Source: an uncultured Gammaproteobacteria bacterium
GTDB taxonomy: Bacteria > Patescibacteriota > Patescibacteriia > Patescibacteriales > UBA12075
NCBI GenBank assembly: GCA_964459725.1
Contig: CAYWNT010000006.1
Coordinates: 4,569-68,568 of the forward strand
DNA: 64,000 bases
Direction of reading: 5' to 3'
Shown: piece by piece, positions 53,486 to 63,855 of the stretch
Position numbering within the stretch: position 1 is the first letter of the stretch
How the letters are laid out: every line of letters starts with the position of its first letter
Made by a program: the position numbers and the translations under genes
Notes under the pieces: model-generated
Databases searched by the model: none
What the model was told of the DNA's origin: nothing
The model's input: only the letters and a program-made list of their open reading frames with translations

Positions 53486-54583
53486 ATGGATACCAGAAAA
53501 ATAAATAAAATGCTTCTAACAGGAGGTGGAACCGGAGGTTCGGTTTCGCCGCTTTTGGCTATTGTTGATGAGATTAGAGCCAGGGAAGAGGAGGTTGGAA
53601 ATTGTGAATTTGCCTGGATTGGAACAAGGAAGGGGATAGAGAGAGGAATGGTGGAGCGAGAGAATATAAGATTCAAGTGGATTTTCTCTGGAAAGATGAG
53701 GAGGTATTTTTCTTTTATGAACTTTATTGATCCTATTTTTATCCTAATGGGCGCTGTGCAGGTATTTTTTATCATGCTCTTTTGGCGACCGAAGATCGTC
53801 CTGACTGCCGGTAGCTTCGTCAGCGTGCCAGTGGTGTGGGCAGCATGGCTCCTGAGGATCCCGGTGCTTGTCCATCAGCAAGACGTGAGACCAGGCTTGG
53901 CTAATGTCTTGATGGCACCATTTGCCAGGGTAGTCACAGTTGTTTTTGAAAAATCCATGATTGATTATGGTCAAAAGGCAGTCTGGACTGGAAATCCAGT
54001 GAGGAGTAACTTTGTAAATATTAAAACAACTAAAAACGAGGCTATCGATAGTCTTGGAGTGAGCGCAGAAAGGCCAGTAGTTTTGGTTATGGGTGGCGGA
54101 ACAGGAGCAGAAGGAGTTAATAAGCTCGTTGCCGATTCTCGGAAGACGTTAGAAGGAGCTTGTAGTATTATTCATATAACAGGAAGTAATAAATTAATCC
54201 CTAGGACCACATCTTCAGGTTACAAATCTTTTGAATTTTTGGATACTGCTAGATTGATAGAGGTGTTAGTGACAGCAGACGTAGTGGTGTCACGAGCAGG
54301 TATGGGAGCGCTCACTGATTTGTCATTTTTGGAAAAGCCCTCAATTCTCATCCCAATGCCAGACTCCCACCAGGAAGAAAATGTGATACCATTCAGAGAA
54401 AATGATGCCGCCATGATTCTAGATCAGAAAGAATTAACCTCTGAAAATTTCGCAGATGAGATATTGGGCCTTTTAAAGAACCAGGAAAAACAAGGCAGGT
54501 ACAAACAAAACATGAGCAAGGTAATGAAGACAGGCGCAAATAAAAAAATCTTGGAAATAATAAAAAAGCAAGGAAGGCTATAA
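53486..54583 (+). CDS. murG: Undecaprenyldiphospho-muramoylpentapeptide beta-N-acetylglucosaminyltransferase MurG
   Basis: LLTGGGTGGSVSPLLAIVDEI G-loop, HQQDVRPGLAN, VLVMGGGTGA, VVSRAGMGALTDL. Confidence 0.9.
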   Translation: MDTRKINKMLLTGGGTGGSVSPLLAIVDEIRAREEEVGNCEFAWIGTRKGIERGMVERENIRFKWIFSGKMRRYFSFMNFIDPIFILMGAVQVFFIMLFWRPKIVLTAGSFVSVPVVWAAWLLRIPVLVHQQDVRPGLANVLMAPFARVVTVVFEKSMIDYGQKAVWTGNPVRSNFVNIKTTKNEAIDSLGVSAERPVVLVMGGGTGAEGVNKLVADSRKTLEGACSIIHITGSNKLIPRTTSSGYKSFEFLDTARLIEVLVTADVVVSRAGMGALTDLSFLEKPSILIPMPDSHQEENVIPFRENDAAMILDQKELTSENFADEILGLLKNQEKQGRYKQNMSKVMKTGANKKILEIIKKQGRL

Positions 54584-54666
54584 TAAAAAAACAAAAGAGG
54601 TTTTATGACTTTATAGACCCAGTCATGCGACCGGGCATGCTTTACAGGCTTTCGACTAATAAATAT

Positions 54667-56085
54667 ATGAATTTAGATAAAATAAGAAAAATATACATGA
54701 TCGGCATCAAGGGGGTTGGGATGACTATGCTTGCTCAGTTCCTGAAGGATAATGGCAAGGATGTTTCAGGCTCTGATATTGATGAGAAGTTTATGACCGA
54801 CGAAGTGCTTGAGAAGTCGGGGATTGAAGTTTTCGAAGGTTTTGATAAAGAGAATATTCCCGGAGATGTTGATTTGATTATTTATTCTACTGCCTACAAC
54901 GAGGACAACAACGAAGAGCTTGCTCACGCCCTTAGATCGAAAATAAAAACCGTGAAATATGCCGAAGCCATGGGAGAGGTGTTCAATAGGAAGTATGGAA
55001 TAGCTGTTGCCGGTTCTCATGGTAAGACAACTACCTCAGCCTGGCTTGGTTATGTATTGAAAAAGTCAGAAAAGTCTCCAAGTGTCATGGTGGGAGCCGC
55101 GGTTCCTCAGCTCGGGGGTGCCTCAATAACAGGGTATTCGGATTATTTAGTAATAGAGGCAGATGAGTATCAAAATAAATTACAATATTTCAATCCTAAA
55201 ATGGCACTTCTAAATAACATTGATTATGATCATCCGGATTATTTCCCAACAGAGGATGACTACCTACAAGTGTTTATTGATTTTATAAAAAAGATTCCAG
55301 GCAAGGGGTTTTTGGTTGCAAATTTTGACGACAAAAATATAGCCAAGATCGCCAATGTGAATTGTCTAGGCAAGGTGATCAGCTACGGCATAGATGAATC
55401 AGCAGATTTTGTCGCTTATGACATACGTCAGATTCGAGATAAGCAGGTGTTTAGGGTAAAGATGGGCTCTTCTGGTTTTGATGAGGACGATGAGTTGTCA
55501 GATTCAGATCTGGGAGAATTCAGTATAGAGATGACTGGCAGGCATAATATTTACAATGCTCTAGCAGTGATTGCAGCTTGCCTTGAGCTTGGTGTAGACT
55601 TGGTTGACATTAGAACCCACCTTGAGTCATTTCAGGGTACAGCAAGACGCATGGAAGTAATGGGCAAGTTTAGGGGCGCTACAATAATTGATGATTATGC
55701 CCATCATCCAACAGAGATAAAAACTACCCTAGAAGGAGCCAGGAAGAAATACGCTGATAAAAAAATTAAAGTAGTTTTCCACCCACACACATTTACCAGG
55801 ACCAAGGCACTCTTAAATGAATTTGCAGAGAGCTTTGAAAGTGCTGACGAGCTCATAGTTCTGGATATTTACGGATCAGCTAGAGAGGAGCATGGCGGAG
55901 TCCACTCTAGGGATATAATTGAGATCATAAAAAAATCAGAATTTGAAATAAAAAATTCATGCAAATATATCCCAACTCTTGATGAATGTGAGCTGTATTT
56001 GCGAGAAACAATCGAGAGGGACGACATAGTAATGCTCATCGGCGCCGGCGACGTATTTAGGATTGGAGAAAAGCTCGTAGAATAA
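54667..56085 (+). CDS. murC: UDP-N-acetylmuramate--L-alanine ligase MurC
   Basis: IYMIGIKGVGMTMLAQFLKDNGKDVSGSD, VAGSHGKTTTSAWL, DDYAHHPTEI. ATG 54667 preferred over the track start 54625. Confidence 0.9.
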   Translation: MNLDKIRKIYMIGIKGVGMTMLAQFLKDNGKDVSGSDIDEKFMTDEVLEKSGIEVFEGFDKENIPGDVDLIIYSTAYNEDNNEELAHALRSKIKTVKYAEAMGEVFNRKYGIAVAGSHGKTTTSAWLGYVLKKSEKSPSVMVGAAVPQLGGASITGYSDYLVIEADEYQNKLQYFNPKMALLNNIDYDHPDYFPTEDDYLQVFIDFIKKIPGKGFLVANFDDKNIAKIANVNCLGKVISYGIDESADFVAYDIRQIRDKQVFRVKMGSSGFDEDDELSDSDLGEFSIEMTGRHNIYNALAVIAACLELGVDLVDIRTHLESFQGTARRMEVMGKFRGATIIDDYAHHPTEIKTTLEGARKKYADKKIKVVFHPHTFTRTKALLNEFAESFESADELIVLDIYGSAREEHGGVHSRDIIEIIKKSEFEIKNSCKYIPTLDECELYLRETIERDDIVMLIGAGDVFRIGEKLVE

Positions 56086-56160
56086 ATGTAACGAAATTGT
56101 TTTTCGATCGTATTCTATAGCAGAGGGGTACACGCCCTCTGTTTTGATTTTTAAAGAATT

Positions 56161-57927
56161 ATGGAAAAAAATAAAAAAACAAGAAAAGATTTTTGGAAAA
56201 AACTATGGAATTTATTACAGCCTTCTCAGGGAAAAATGAAGGTGATTTTGTTTTTGACAATAGCTCTTGAAATTTCCAGACTGATGGGCCCGTATTTTTT
56301 GAAGCTTATTTTTGATAAATTGGCAGTGTTTACTCCAGAGGAAGTTATACCCATCTTGATCCTCGTAGGTGCAATGTTTCTTAGTGATCAGATGAATTCG
56401 ATAATTAATTATTATAAAGACAGAAAAATATTTGGATCAATGGTTGAAATTGAAAACTATATTTTGAAAATGGCCCAGGAAAAGCTGGTTTATTTATCCC
56501 TTAATTACCATGAAAAGGAAAATACCGGAAATAAGATTTCCAAGATTGAAAGCGGGAAGCAAAAGATTACAGATCTTTTTTTGAATATGTCATGGGAAGT
56601 TGTGCCGACACTTTTTCAATTGGTGATAACATTGGTTGTTCTATTTGTTGTTGATTGGAGGTTTGGTACTATATTTTTGTTTTTTTCTCCTTTATTTATC
56701 TATTTGACTTTCAAAGTAAATACAGAATTGAGACCTATAAGAAAGAAGAGATATAGACAATACGAAGAATCTTTTGGTTTTTTGGGGCAGGCTATAATCA
56801 ACATAAACACAGTCAAATCTTTTACACAAGAAAAAAGAGAAATAAAGAAATATGGTTCGCTCAGAGATAATATTGCAAATAAAGAGATAAAAGAATGGAT
56901 GACTTTATTGAATTATAATATTTTTAGAGGGCTTGTAATCGGTGTAGGTCGTATGGCCATTATACTTTTTGGAGTGTATCTGGCGTGGAAGAGTAGTATT
57001 ACAATTGGTTCCTTGGTATTTGTAATCACTCTCTCTGAAAAGGCTTATTTTTCAATGTACAGGTTGACTAGATTTTATGACAAAATGGAAGAGGGAGCAG
57101 AAGCAGTGGAGAGATTCACCGGTCTTCTTGGCGAAAAGCAGGATATCGAGAATCCAAAAAACGGCTTGATTCCTGACGGAGTTATTGGTGGTATAAAGTT
57201 TAAGAATGTAAATTTTAGTTATAATCATGACAATGCGAAAGCCTTGGATGACGTGAATTTGAAAATTTCTTCAGGTTGCGTTACCGCCCTAGTCGGTCCC
57301 TCTGGTGGAGGAAAGACAACTCTAGCTAGGATGATCTACAGGCATTATGATCCTCAAAGAGGGGAAGTACTCCTAGATGATAAAAGTTTGAAAGAATATG
57401 ATCTTTATGGATTTAGAAAATTCATATCGATTGTGCCGCAAGAGGTTGAGATATTCAATCTGACCGTAGAAGAAAATATAGCCTATGCAAATCCTGATGC
57501 CAGTTCGGATGAGATTATGGCTGCAGCGCGTATTGCTAATGCTCATGAGTTTATTGAGAAACTGAAAGACGGTTATGATACAGAAGTGGGAGAGAGAGGC
57601 GTGAAGCTCTCAGGTGGACAACGGCAGAGAATTGGAATTGCCAGAGCGATACTCGCCAATCCAAAAATTTTGATTTTTGATGAAGCAACAAGTAGTTTGG
57701 ATAGTTATAGTGAGCGATTAATTCAGGAAGCGATGGAGAGAATCGTGAAGAACAGAACAACTATAGTTATAGCTCACAGGTTGAGCACGATAAAAAAGGC
57801 TGATAAAATAGTGGTACTTGAAGACGGTAAGGTGGCAGAAGAAGGAAGTCACTTAGAGTTATCTAGGGCAGACAGAGGATTGTACGCCAAACTTCTCAAG
57901 CTGCAAAAACTGGGAGATGTAGAATAA
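56161..57927 (+). CDS. ABC exporter, fused TMD-NBD half transporter (MsbA/multidrug type)
   Basis: Six-TM ABC_membrane domain, then GPSGGGKTT, LSGGQRQRIGIARA, LIFDEATSSLD, IAHRLST. Confidence 0.88.
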   Translation: MEKNKKTRKDFWKKLWNLLQPSQGKMKVILFLTIALEISRLMGPYFLKLIFDKLAVFTPEEVIPILILVGAMFLSDQMNSIINYYKDRKIFGSMVEIENYILKMAQEKLVYLSLNYHEKENTGNKISKIESGKQKITDLFLNMSWEVVPTLFQLVITLVVLFVVDWRFGTIFLFFSPLFIYLTFKVNTELRPIRKKRYRQYEESFGFLGQAIININTVKSFTQEKREIKKYGSLRDNIANKEIKEWMTLLNYNIFRGLVIGVGRMAIILFGVYLAWKSSITIGSLVFVITLSEKAYFSMYRLTRFYDKMEEGAEAVERFTGLLGEKQDIENPKNGLIPDGVIGGIKFKNVNFSYNHDNAKALDDVNLKISSGCVTALVGPSGGGKTTLARMIYRHYDPQRGEVLLDDKSLKEYDLYGFRKFISIVPQEVEIFNLTVEENIAYANPDASSDEIMAAARIANAHEFIEKLKDGYDTEVGERGVKLSGGQRQRIGIARAILANPKILIFDEATSSLDSYSERLIQEAMERIVKNRTTIVIAHRLSTIKKADKIVVLEDGKVAEEGSHLELSRADRGLYAKLLKLQKLGDVE

Positions 57928-57950
57928 GTAAGTAATCTTAAAGGTAGAAA

Positions 57951-57977
57951 AGCTGCGCGTAAAGCGTAGCTTTTTTT
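57951..57977 (+). terminator. Rho-independent terminator after the ABC exporter
   Basis: agctgcgc pairs with gcgtagct (one G-U pair), followed by a T7 run. Confidence 0.75.
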
Positions 57978-58054
57978 ATTGTATAATTTATGATAAAATT
58001 ACTTATAATAGATAATATAAAGATCCTGCTCTGTTGACGGGTTTCAATAAATTT

Positions 58055-59191
58055 ATGATGAGTAAAAATAAAAAAACAATCGGAATTGATGCCAGGATGT
58101 ATGGCGGGAATGTTGCTGCCGGACTTGGAAGATATGTAAAGGAGGTGGTAGACAGAATTGTAGAGATGGATGATGAGAATAGGTATGTTGTTTTCTTGAG
58201 TAAAGACAATTTTGACGATTTCCAGTCTGAGAAAAAAAATATAAAAAAAGTATTAGTAAAAACTAGATGGTATACGTTTATGGAGCAAATCGTTATGCCG
58301 TTTTTTATTTTCCGCGAGAAGATTAATCTTATGTTCTTTCTTCATTTTAATGTGCCCGTCTTTAGTCGTACAAAATTTGTAGTCACTATCCATGACCTTA
58401 TTCTAATAACTCATCCTTCAAAGCGAGCTACAACCCTGAATGGCTTTTTCTATAGAATTAAAAACTTAGCCTATCGTTTTGTTATTAGGCATGCAGTTCA
58501 GAGGTCAGAAAAAGTCATTGCAGTTTCTGAGTTTACTAAGAAAGATATCCTGGAGAATTTTCGTACGAATGAAGATAAAATTAAAGTTATTTATGAGGGG
58601 GTTTTTGATAAAAAATCAGCCCAAAACAATTTGGACAATAGCTCCTTTTTAAGGTATAATATAACACAACCTTACTTGTTATATGTGGGTAACGCATTTC
58701 CCCATAAAAATCTGGAAGCACTAATACAAGTATTTAAAAAAATATCCAAAACAAGAGACGATTTAAGCCTTGTTTTTGTAGGAAAAGAAGACTTTTTTTA
58801 CAAAAGATTAAAAAGTGAAGCAGGAGATACTCCCAAGATTAAGTTTTTAGGATTTGTCCCAGATGATGACTTGGTGCATGTGTATAAAAATGCTTCAATC
58901 TATGTGTTTCCTTCAAAATACGAAGGTTTTGGCATACCTCCGCTAGAGGCAATGAGAGAGGGGTGTCCGGTGGCAAGTTCCAATGCAAGCTGTATGCCTG
59001 AAGTATTGGGTTCAGCCGCCTCCTATTTCGACCCCAACAACCTTGATGAAATGCAAAAAACCATTGAAGGCTTGATCGATAACCAATCCTTAAAGGAGGA
59101 TTTGATAGAAAAAGGATTCATACAAACAAAAAAATATAGCTGGGATGATTGCGCCAAGACCGTTTTGGAAGAGGTGAAAAAATATTCATAA
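58055..59191 (+). CDS. Glycosyltransferase family 4
   Basis: IGIDARMYG... start and [26 protein letters not shown] 58055 preferred over TTG 58034. Confidence 0.82.
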   Translation: MMSKNKKTIGIDARMYGGNVAAGLGRYVKEVVDRIVEMDDENRYVVFLSKDNFDDFQSEKKNIKKVLVKTRWYTFMEQIVMPFFIFREKINLMFFLHFNVPVFSRTKFVVTIHDLILITHPSKRATTLNGFFYRIKNLAYRFVIRHAVQRSEKVIAVSEFTKKDILENFRTNEDKIKVIYEGVFDKKSAQNNLDNSSFLRYNITQPYLLYVGNAFPHKNLEALIQVFKKISKTRDDLSLVFVGKEDFFYKRLKSEAGDTPKIKFLGFVPDDDLVHVYKNASIYVFPSKYEGFGIPPLEAMREGCPVASSNASCMPEVLGSAASYFDPNNLDEMQKTIEGLIDNQSLKEDLIEKGFIQTKKYSWDDCAKTVLEEVKKYS

Positions 59192-59221
59192 AAATTGAGA
59201 CCTAAAATATTAGATTTTTTC

Positions 59222-61759
59222 ATGAGTGAAAAAAAACAAAAATTAGACATAGTAGTAAATAAGAGAGATAGGAGCTCTTGTTTTTTGGTTGACCTTAAAA
59301 AGGCGGAAAAGCTGAAGGCAGACGAAGACAAAAACACTTCTGATAGAAACTTTTTATTATTTCTTGAGACGTCTGTAAGTAGAGCTCGAAGTTTTTTTAA
59401 TTCATATTCTGGTGTTTATAAAAATCGATTAAAGAGTTTGGCGATTGTGTCCTTTTTGAAATCAGTTTTATTATCATTATTCTGGGTGCTAAAAAAGATT
59501 AATATTGTATTTTACAAAGTAGGCTACTCAGTTATATACGTTGCCAGATTTTTGGTATTTTTGGTTTTGCCTTTATTTAAATCTCTCAAGCAGCTACCTC
59601 TAAGTGCCAGGGGGTCTTTCTTGGGATTTCTCCAATTAAGTTTTAAAAAATTAACCAAAGCTTTTCACGGTGTAATGACCTTTAGAATTGATTTCAGCAA
59701 AGCGGTGCCAAAGTTTAATTTAGGTATAGTAAAACAGGCTGCAATTCTGATCCCGCTTATATTTATTCTTGTTTTGCCTTTCAAGGTTTTTACGTATTTC
59801 AAGGACATTAGCGAGTTCAAGGGTAGAGTAATGGGTATCTCCGAAAAAGGAATTGATAATTTATTGAGCGCCTCTGACGTTGCTAGCGATATGAATTTTG
59901 CACGCGCCAAAGAGTCCTTTCTTTCAGCAGAGAAAAATTTTTATTTAGCTCGAAACGAGGTAAAGGAAATAAGCTCTTTACTTTCCTATGTAAAGCCGAT
60001 CATTCCAAGTGAGACATTGCGTGCTGCGGCAGAGTCTGAGAAGATTTTGCGAGCGGCAGAGCTTAGCGCTCTCCTAGGTGAGCAGTTCTCATCTCTACTT
60101 TTCGATCTTTCAGAGATGAATAATGACCTCTACGCTATTTTAAACAAGATTGATGATTTTTCTGATGACGCTATGAGCATGGCTCGAGAAACCACTGATG
60201 CGATTAACAGTATTGATGTTTCGGCTATTCCTGAGGAAGCTAGAGATAACTTTTTACTTGCGCAGGAAAAATCAAATGACGTTGTGGTTATCATGGAAGA
60301 GCTATTTGATATTGTAGGCAATATTAAATCTTTCTTAGGATTTAAAAATGACAAGAGGTATTTATTTGTGTTTCAAAATAATTCTGAAATGAGAGGGAGT
60401 GGTGGATTTGTTGGCAGTTATGCTTTGGTTGATTTCCGAAATGGAAAAATAAAAAACATGGAAGTGCCTGGTGGGGGAAGCTACGATACCGAGGCCGGTC
60501 TTTATTATAATGTCCTAGCTCCAGCTCCGCTTCACCTGGTGAATCCTTTGTGGCATTTTTGGGATGCTAATTGGTGGCCAGACTGGAAAAAGTCAGCTCA
60601 GAAATTGATGTGGTTTTTTGAGAAAAGCGATGGCCCAAGTGTCGATGGCGTGATTGCTATCACGCCTAACCTGGTAGAGGATTTACTTGATATAGTTGGA
60701 CCTATTGATATGACAGAGAAGTATGGCGAGGTGATATCATCTGATAATTTTTGGGAGGTTACCCAGGCAATCGTTGAGGAAAAGGAGGCGACCTCTACCA
60801 TGGATGTCCCTGAAGGAGAATTGACCGCAGAAGAAAAACACGAACCTAAAAAAATAATCGGGGACATGATAGATGTCTTGAGTAAAAAAATATTTGATAA
60901 TGTAAGCCAGGATTTACTTTTTAAGTATCTAGGTGCTCTAAACAAAAATTTGAATGAAAAGCATGTTTTATTTTATTTTAATGATGAGAATTTGCAAAAT
61001 TGGTCAGAGAGACAGGGTTGGGCAGGAAGAATCAAGCAATCGGACGGTGATTATTTGATGGTGGTAAATTCAAATATTGCCGGTCAGAAAACTGACAGAG
61101 AAATCGATGAAGTGATAAGTCATAAAATTGAGATCCAAGAAGATGGGAGTGTTATAGACACCGTTAATATAAAAAGAAAACATAATGCTATAAGAGGAAC
61201 AGAATTTACTGGCGTCAGAAATGTTGATTGGATGCGAATATATGTACCACTTGGAAGCAGGTTGGTTTCTTCTACAGGGTTTAAAGCTCCAGGCAGCCAC
61301 CATTTTGAAAAATATGACGGAGAATATGAGACAGACAAATGGGTAGAAGCAGAGGAAAATGATGCCTTAGTTGATATAAAAAGTGGAACTAGAACATACA
61401 ACGAATCAGGCAAAACTGTTTTTGCTAATTGGTCACAGGTTGATCCTGGAGAAACTGTAGAGATCGAACTTGTATATCGTCTGCCATTTGAAATTGAGCT
61501 GATTTCAGACAATGACCAGCTTTTTGAAAAAATTGATGAAATTTTTGATATAAAAAATATCGAGCTATCACCATTCAAGTTATTAATCCAGAAGCAACCA
61601 GGGTCATATAGAACTGAAATAAAAAGTGAGCTGGTTTTGCCTGGAAATTTTGAGAATGTATGGCAGACAAGAAACCTAGAAGAAAAAGATAGTGGATGGG
61701 TTATTGAGGGTGACTTAAATGAAGATGTTTATTTGGGAATATTATTAAAAAAGATATAA
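59222..61759 (+). CDS. DUF4012 domain-containing membrane protein (second paralogue, ~845 aa)
   Basis: LFVFQNNSEMRGSGGFVGSYALVDFRNGKI core plus several N-terminal TM spans. ATG 59222 preferred over TTG 59195. Confidence 0.8.
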   Translation: MSEKKQKLDIVVNKRDRSSCFLVDLKKAEKLKADEDKNTSDRNFLLFLETSVSRARSFFNSYSGVYKNRLKSLAIVSFLKSVLLSLFWVLKKINIVFYKVGYSVIYVARFLVFLVLPLFKSLKQLPLSARGSFLGFLQLSFKKLTKAFHGVMTFRIDFSKAVPKFNLGIVKQAAILIPLIFILVLPFKVFTYFKDISEFKGRVMGISEKGIDNLLSASDVASDMNFARAKESFLSAEKNFYLARNEVKEISSLLSYVKPIIPSETLRAAAESEKILRAAELSALLGEQFSSLLFDLSEMNNDLYAILNKIDDFSDDAMSMARETTDAINSIDVSAIPEEARDNFLLAQEKSNDVVVIMEELFDIVGNIKSFLGFKNDKRYLFVFQNNSEMRGSGGFVGSYALVDFRNGKIKNMEVPGGGSYDTEAGLYYNVLAPAPLHLVNPLWHFWDANWWPDWKKSAQKLMWFFEKSDGPSVDGVIAITPNLVEDLLDIVGPIDMTEKYGEVISSDNFWEVTQAIVEEKEATSTMDVPEGELTAEEKHEPKKIIGDMIDVLSKKIFDNVSQDLLFKYLGALNKNLNEKHVLFYFNDENLQNWSERQGWAGRIKQSDGDYLMVVNSNIAGQKTDREIDEVISHKIEIQEDGSVIDTVNIKRKHNAIRGTEFTGVRNVDWMRIYVPLGSRLVSSTGFKAPGSHHFEKYDGEYETDKWVEAEENDALVDIKSGTRTYNESGKTVFANWSQVDPGETVEIELVYRLPFEIELISDNDQLFEKIDEIFDIKNIELSPFKLLIQKQPGSYRTEIKSELVLPGNFENVWQTRNLEEKDSGWVIEGDLNEDVYLGILLKKI

Positions 61760-61761
61760 AT

Positions 61762-63852
61762 ATGAGCAAGAATAAAAAAGAAAAAAAAATAGACAAAGAA
61801 GAAAATGATGACATTACTATAAACTTGAAAGAGTCGAGTATTACCGAGTTCACCAAAAGAGAACTTCCAACCGAAGAGGAAGTGAAGAGATTTGAAGAAG
61901 TGATTTCATCAGAGTCTGATGTCGAAGTAAGCACTGATGAGCAGCTTACCACCCCAGAGATTCACGATGAAGCCTACGAAGAAGAAATTGCAGAAAGTTT
62001 AAACGAGATTTATCATGACGACAAAGGAGAGCTGGTGGATGTGAAAAAGTTTAAAATTTTAAAAAAGAGAGGATTTTTCTTTTTTCTTTTTGTTTTTACT
62101 TTTGTCGTTGCTTCATTGTCAGGCGCGGCTTATTTTGCTTATATTAATTTTTTTGCAGGCGAAGGGTCAGACGCTACAGCTGTTAACTTCACAGTTGAGG
62201 GGAAATACAGTGTTGTATCTGGAGAGGAGTTCTTTTATACATTGAACTACAAGAATTCTTCAGGAGTCACCATGACTAGGCCAAGGATTGAGATTAATTA
62301 TCCTGATAATTATTTGTTTATAGAAGGTGAGCCAGCGGCAAGCAAAAAAAATATTATCTGGGACCTAGAAGATATAGCTCCGAACGCTACAGGGCAGATT
62401 AAAATTAGAGGCAAGATGATTGGCCCTGAAGATAGTTCTGGAATTCTCATGGCGAGCCTGGCCTATACTCCTGAGAACTTTTCTTCCGAGTTCAAGAAAA
62501 ACACAACTATAACAACAACAGTTGATGATGTTGGTATGAAATTTGCTTTTGATTTTTCTAATAATATTCTCGTTGACGAGGATAACGAGCTCTTACTTGG
62601 AATAAGCTCCAAGGAGAAAAACTATACTAACAATATGAGGGTAACCATTTCGGCAGGTGACAATGTTTCTATAGTCGAGGATGGTGATTCAACAGCCCCT
62701 GAAGAAGAAATTATAAAAAATAAGGCAGTACGTCCCGGGGTTTGGGTAATAGATGAAATTTTAGAGGAGGAGAAGATTCTGCCTATTATTTTCAAATACA
62801 CCAACAAGGAGGAAGACCAGGAGAAGATTTCAATTATTTTTGAAACCCTCTCTGACTCAAGTGGCGATGACGATTCTGAAAAAATAGAGGAGAGATATGT
62901 TGAGTTTTTCAGGAAGGATCTTGAATTTGAGGTGGTGAAAAGCGACTTAAACCTTACTCTGATTGCGAATGGATCCCGAGAGGATCAGGCAGTGAACTTT
63001 GGAGATACTATGAACTACTCACTGGTCTATAAAAACAAGGGGGAGTCAGAAATGAAAGATGTGGTGATAATGGCTGTTCTGGAAAGCGATTTTTTGGACT
63101 GGACTACACTTACTGATGAGTTTGCCGGAACCCAGAAGGGGAATGCTATTATTTGGACCAAGGAAGAGCTACCAGATCTTGAGCTGGTTGAACAGGACCA
63201 AGAAGGTGTTATAGATTTTTCGATCAAGTTGATGGATGTTGGAAATACAGACACAACCAGTGATTATGATGTAAAAAGTTATGCCCAGTTTAATATTGGG
63301 AAGTCAGAGGACGATTTGGAAGACACGGAGGCAAATGAGAACAACAAAAGTAACACAATCGTAAGCAAGATAAACAGCGACATTAAACTCGATGAGCAAA
63401 TCAGATACTTCAGCGAAGATAATGTCCCAGTTGGAACCGGCCCACACCCACCAAAAGCAGGAGAGGAGACAAGTTATAAAGTGTACTGGAAATTAACAAA
63501 TAGCCTTCATGAGTTGAAGGATTTGAAAATAGTTTCTCGATTACCTGACTACGTGTCTTGGGCCGGAAAAGTAAATGTGTCTGTGGGTGAAATATCATTT
63601 GACGACGATAAACATGAAATAGAATGGAATATCGGACGTCTGCCAATTACTGTTTTTGAAACAGAAGCAGAATTTAGCATCAGCATAAAGCCAGAAGAAG
63701 ATAACAGGAATAAGATAATGGTTATCATGACAGGATCCAAAGTTACAGCTACTGACAGAGAAACCGACTTTGATATCGAGTTAAAAACTAAAGCCAAGAC
63801 AACAAAACTAGAGGATGATGACATAGCGTCAGGTGACGGTATTGTGGAATAA
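61762..63852 (+). CDS. Large membrane-anchored surface protein with DUF11/CARDB-like Ig-fold repeats
   Basis: Acidic N-terminus and one TM span, then repeated modules beginning VNFTVEGKYSVVSGEEFFYTLNYKN and VNFGDTMNYSLVYKNKGESEMKDV. Start lies 2 nt after the DUF4012 stop. Confidence 0.65.
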   Translation: MSKNKKEKKIDKEENDDITINLKESSITEFTKRELPTEEEVKRFEEVISSESDVEVSTDEQLTTPEIHDEAYEEEIAESLNEIYHDDKGELVDVKKFKILKKRGFFFFLFVFTFVVASLSGAAYFAYINFFAGEGSDATAVNFTVEGKYSVVSGEEFFYTLNYKNSSGVTMTRPRIEINYPDNYLFIEGEPAASKKNIIWDLEDIAPNATGQIKIRGKMIGPEDSSGILMASLAYTPENFSSEFKKNTTITTTVDDVGMKFAFDFSNNILVDEDNELLLGISSKEKNYTNNMRVTISAGDNVSIVEDGDSTAPEEEIIKNKAVRPGVWVIDEILEEEKILPIIFKYTNKEEDQEKISIIFETLSDSSGDDDSEKIEERYVEFFRKDLEFEVVKSDLNLTLIANGSREDQAVNFGDTMNYSLVYKNKGESEMKDVVIMAVLESDFLDWTTLTDEFAGTQKGNAIIWTKEELPDLELVEQDQEGVIDFSIKLMDVGNTDTTSDYDVKSYAQFNIGKSEDDLEDTEANENNKSNTIVSKINSDIKLDEQIRYFSEDNVPVGTGPHPPKAGEETSYKVYWKLTNSLHELKDLKIVSRLPDYVSWAGKVNVSVGEISFDDDKHEIEWNIGRLPITVFETEAEFSISIKPEEDNRNKIMVIMTGSKVTATDRETDFDIELKTKAKTTKLEDDDIASGDGIVE

Positions 63853-63855
63853 TTT

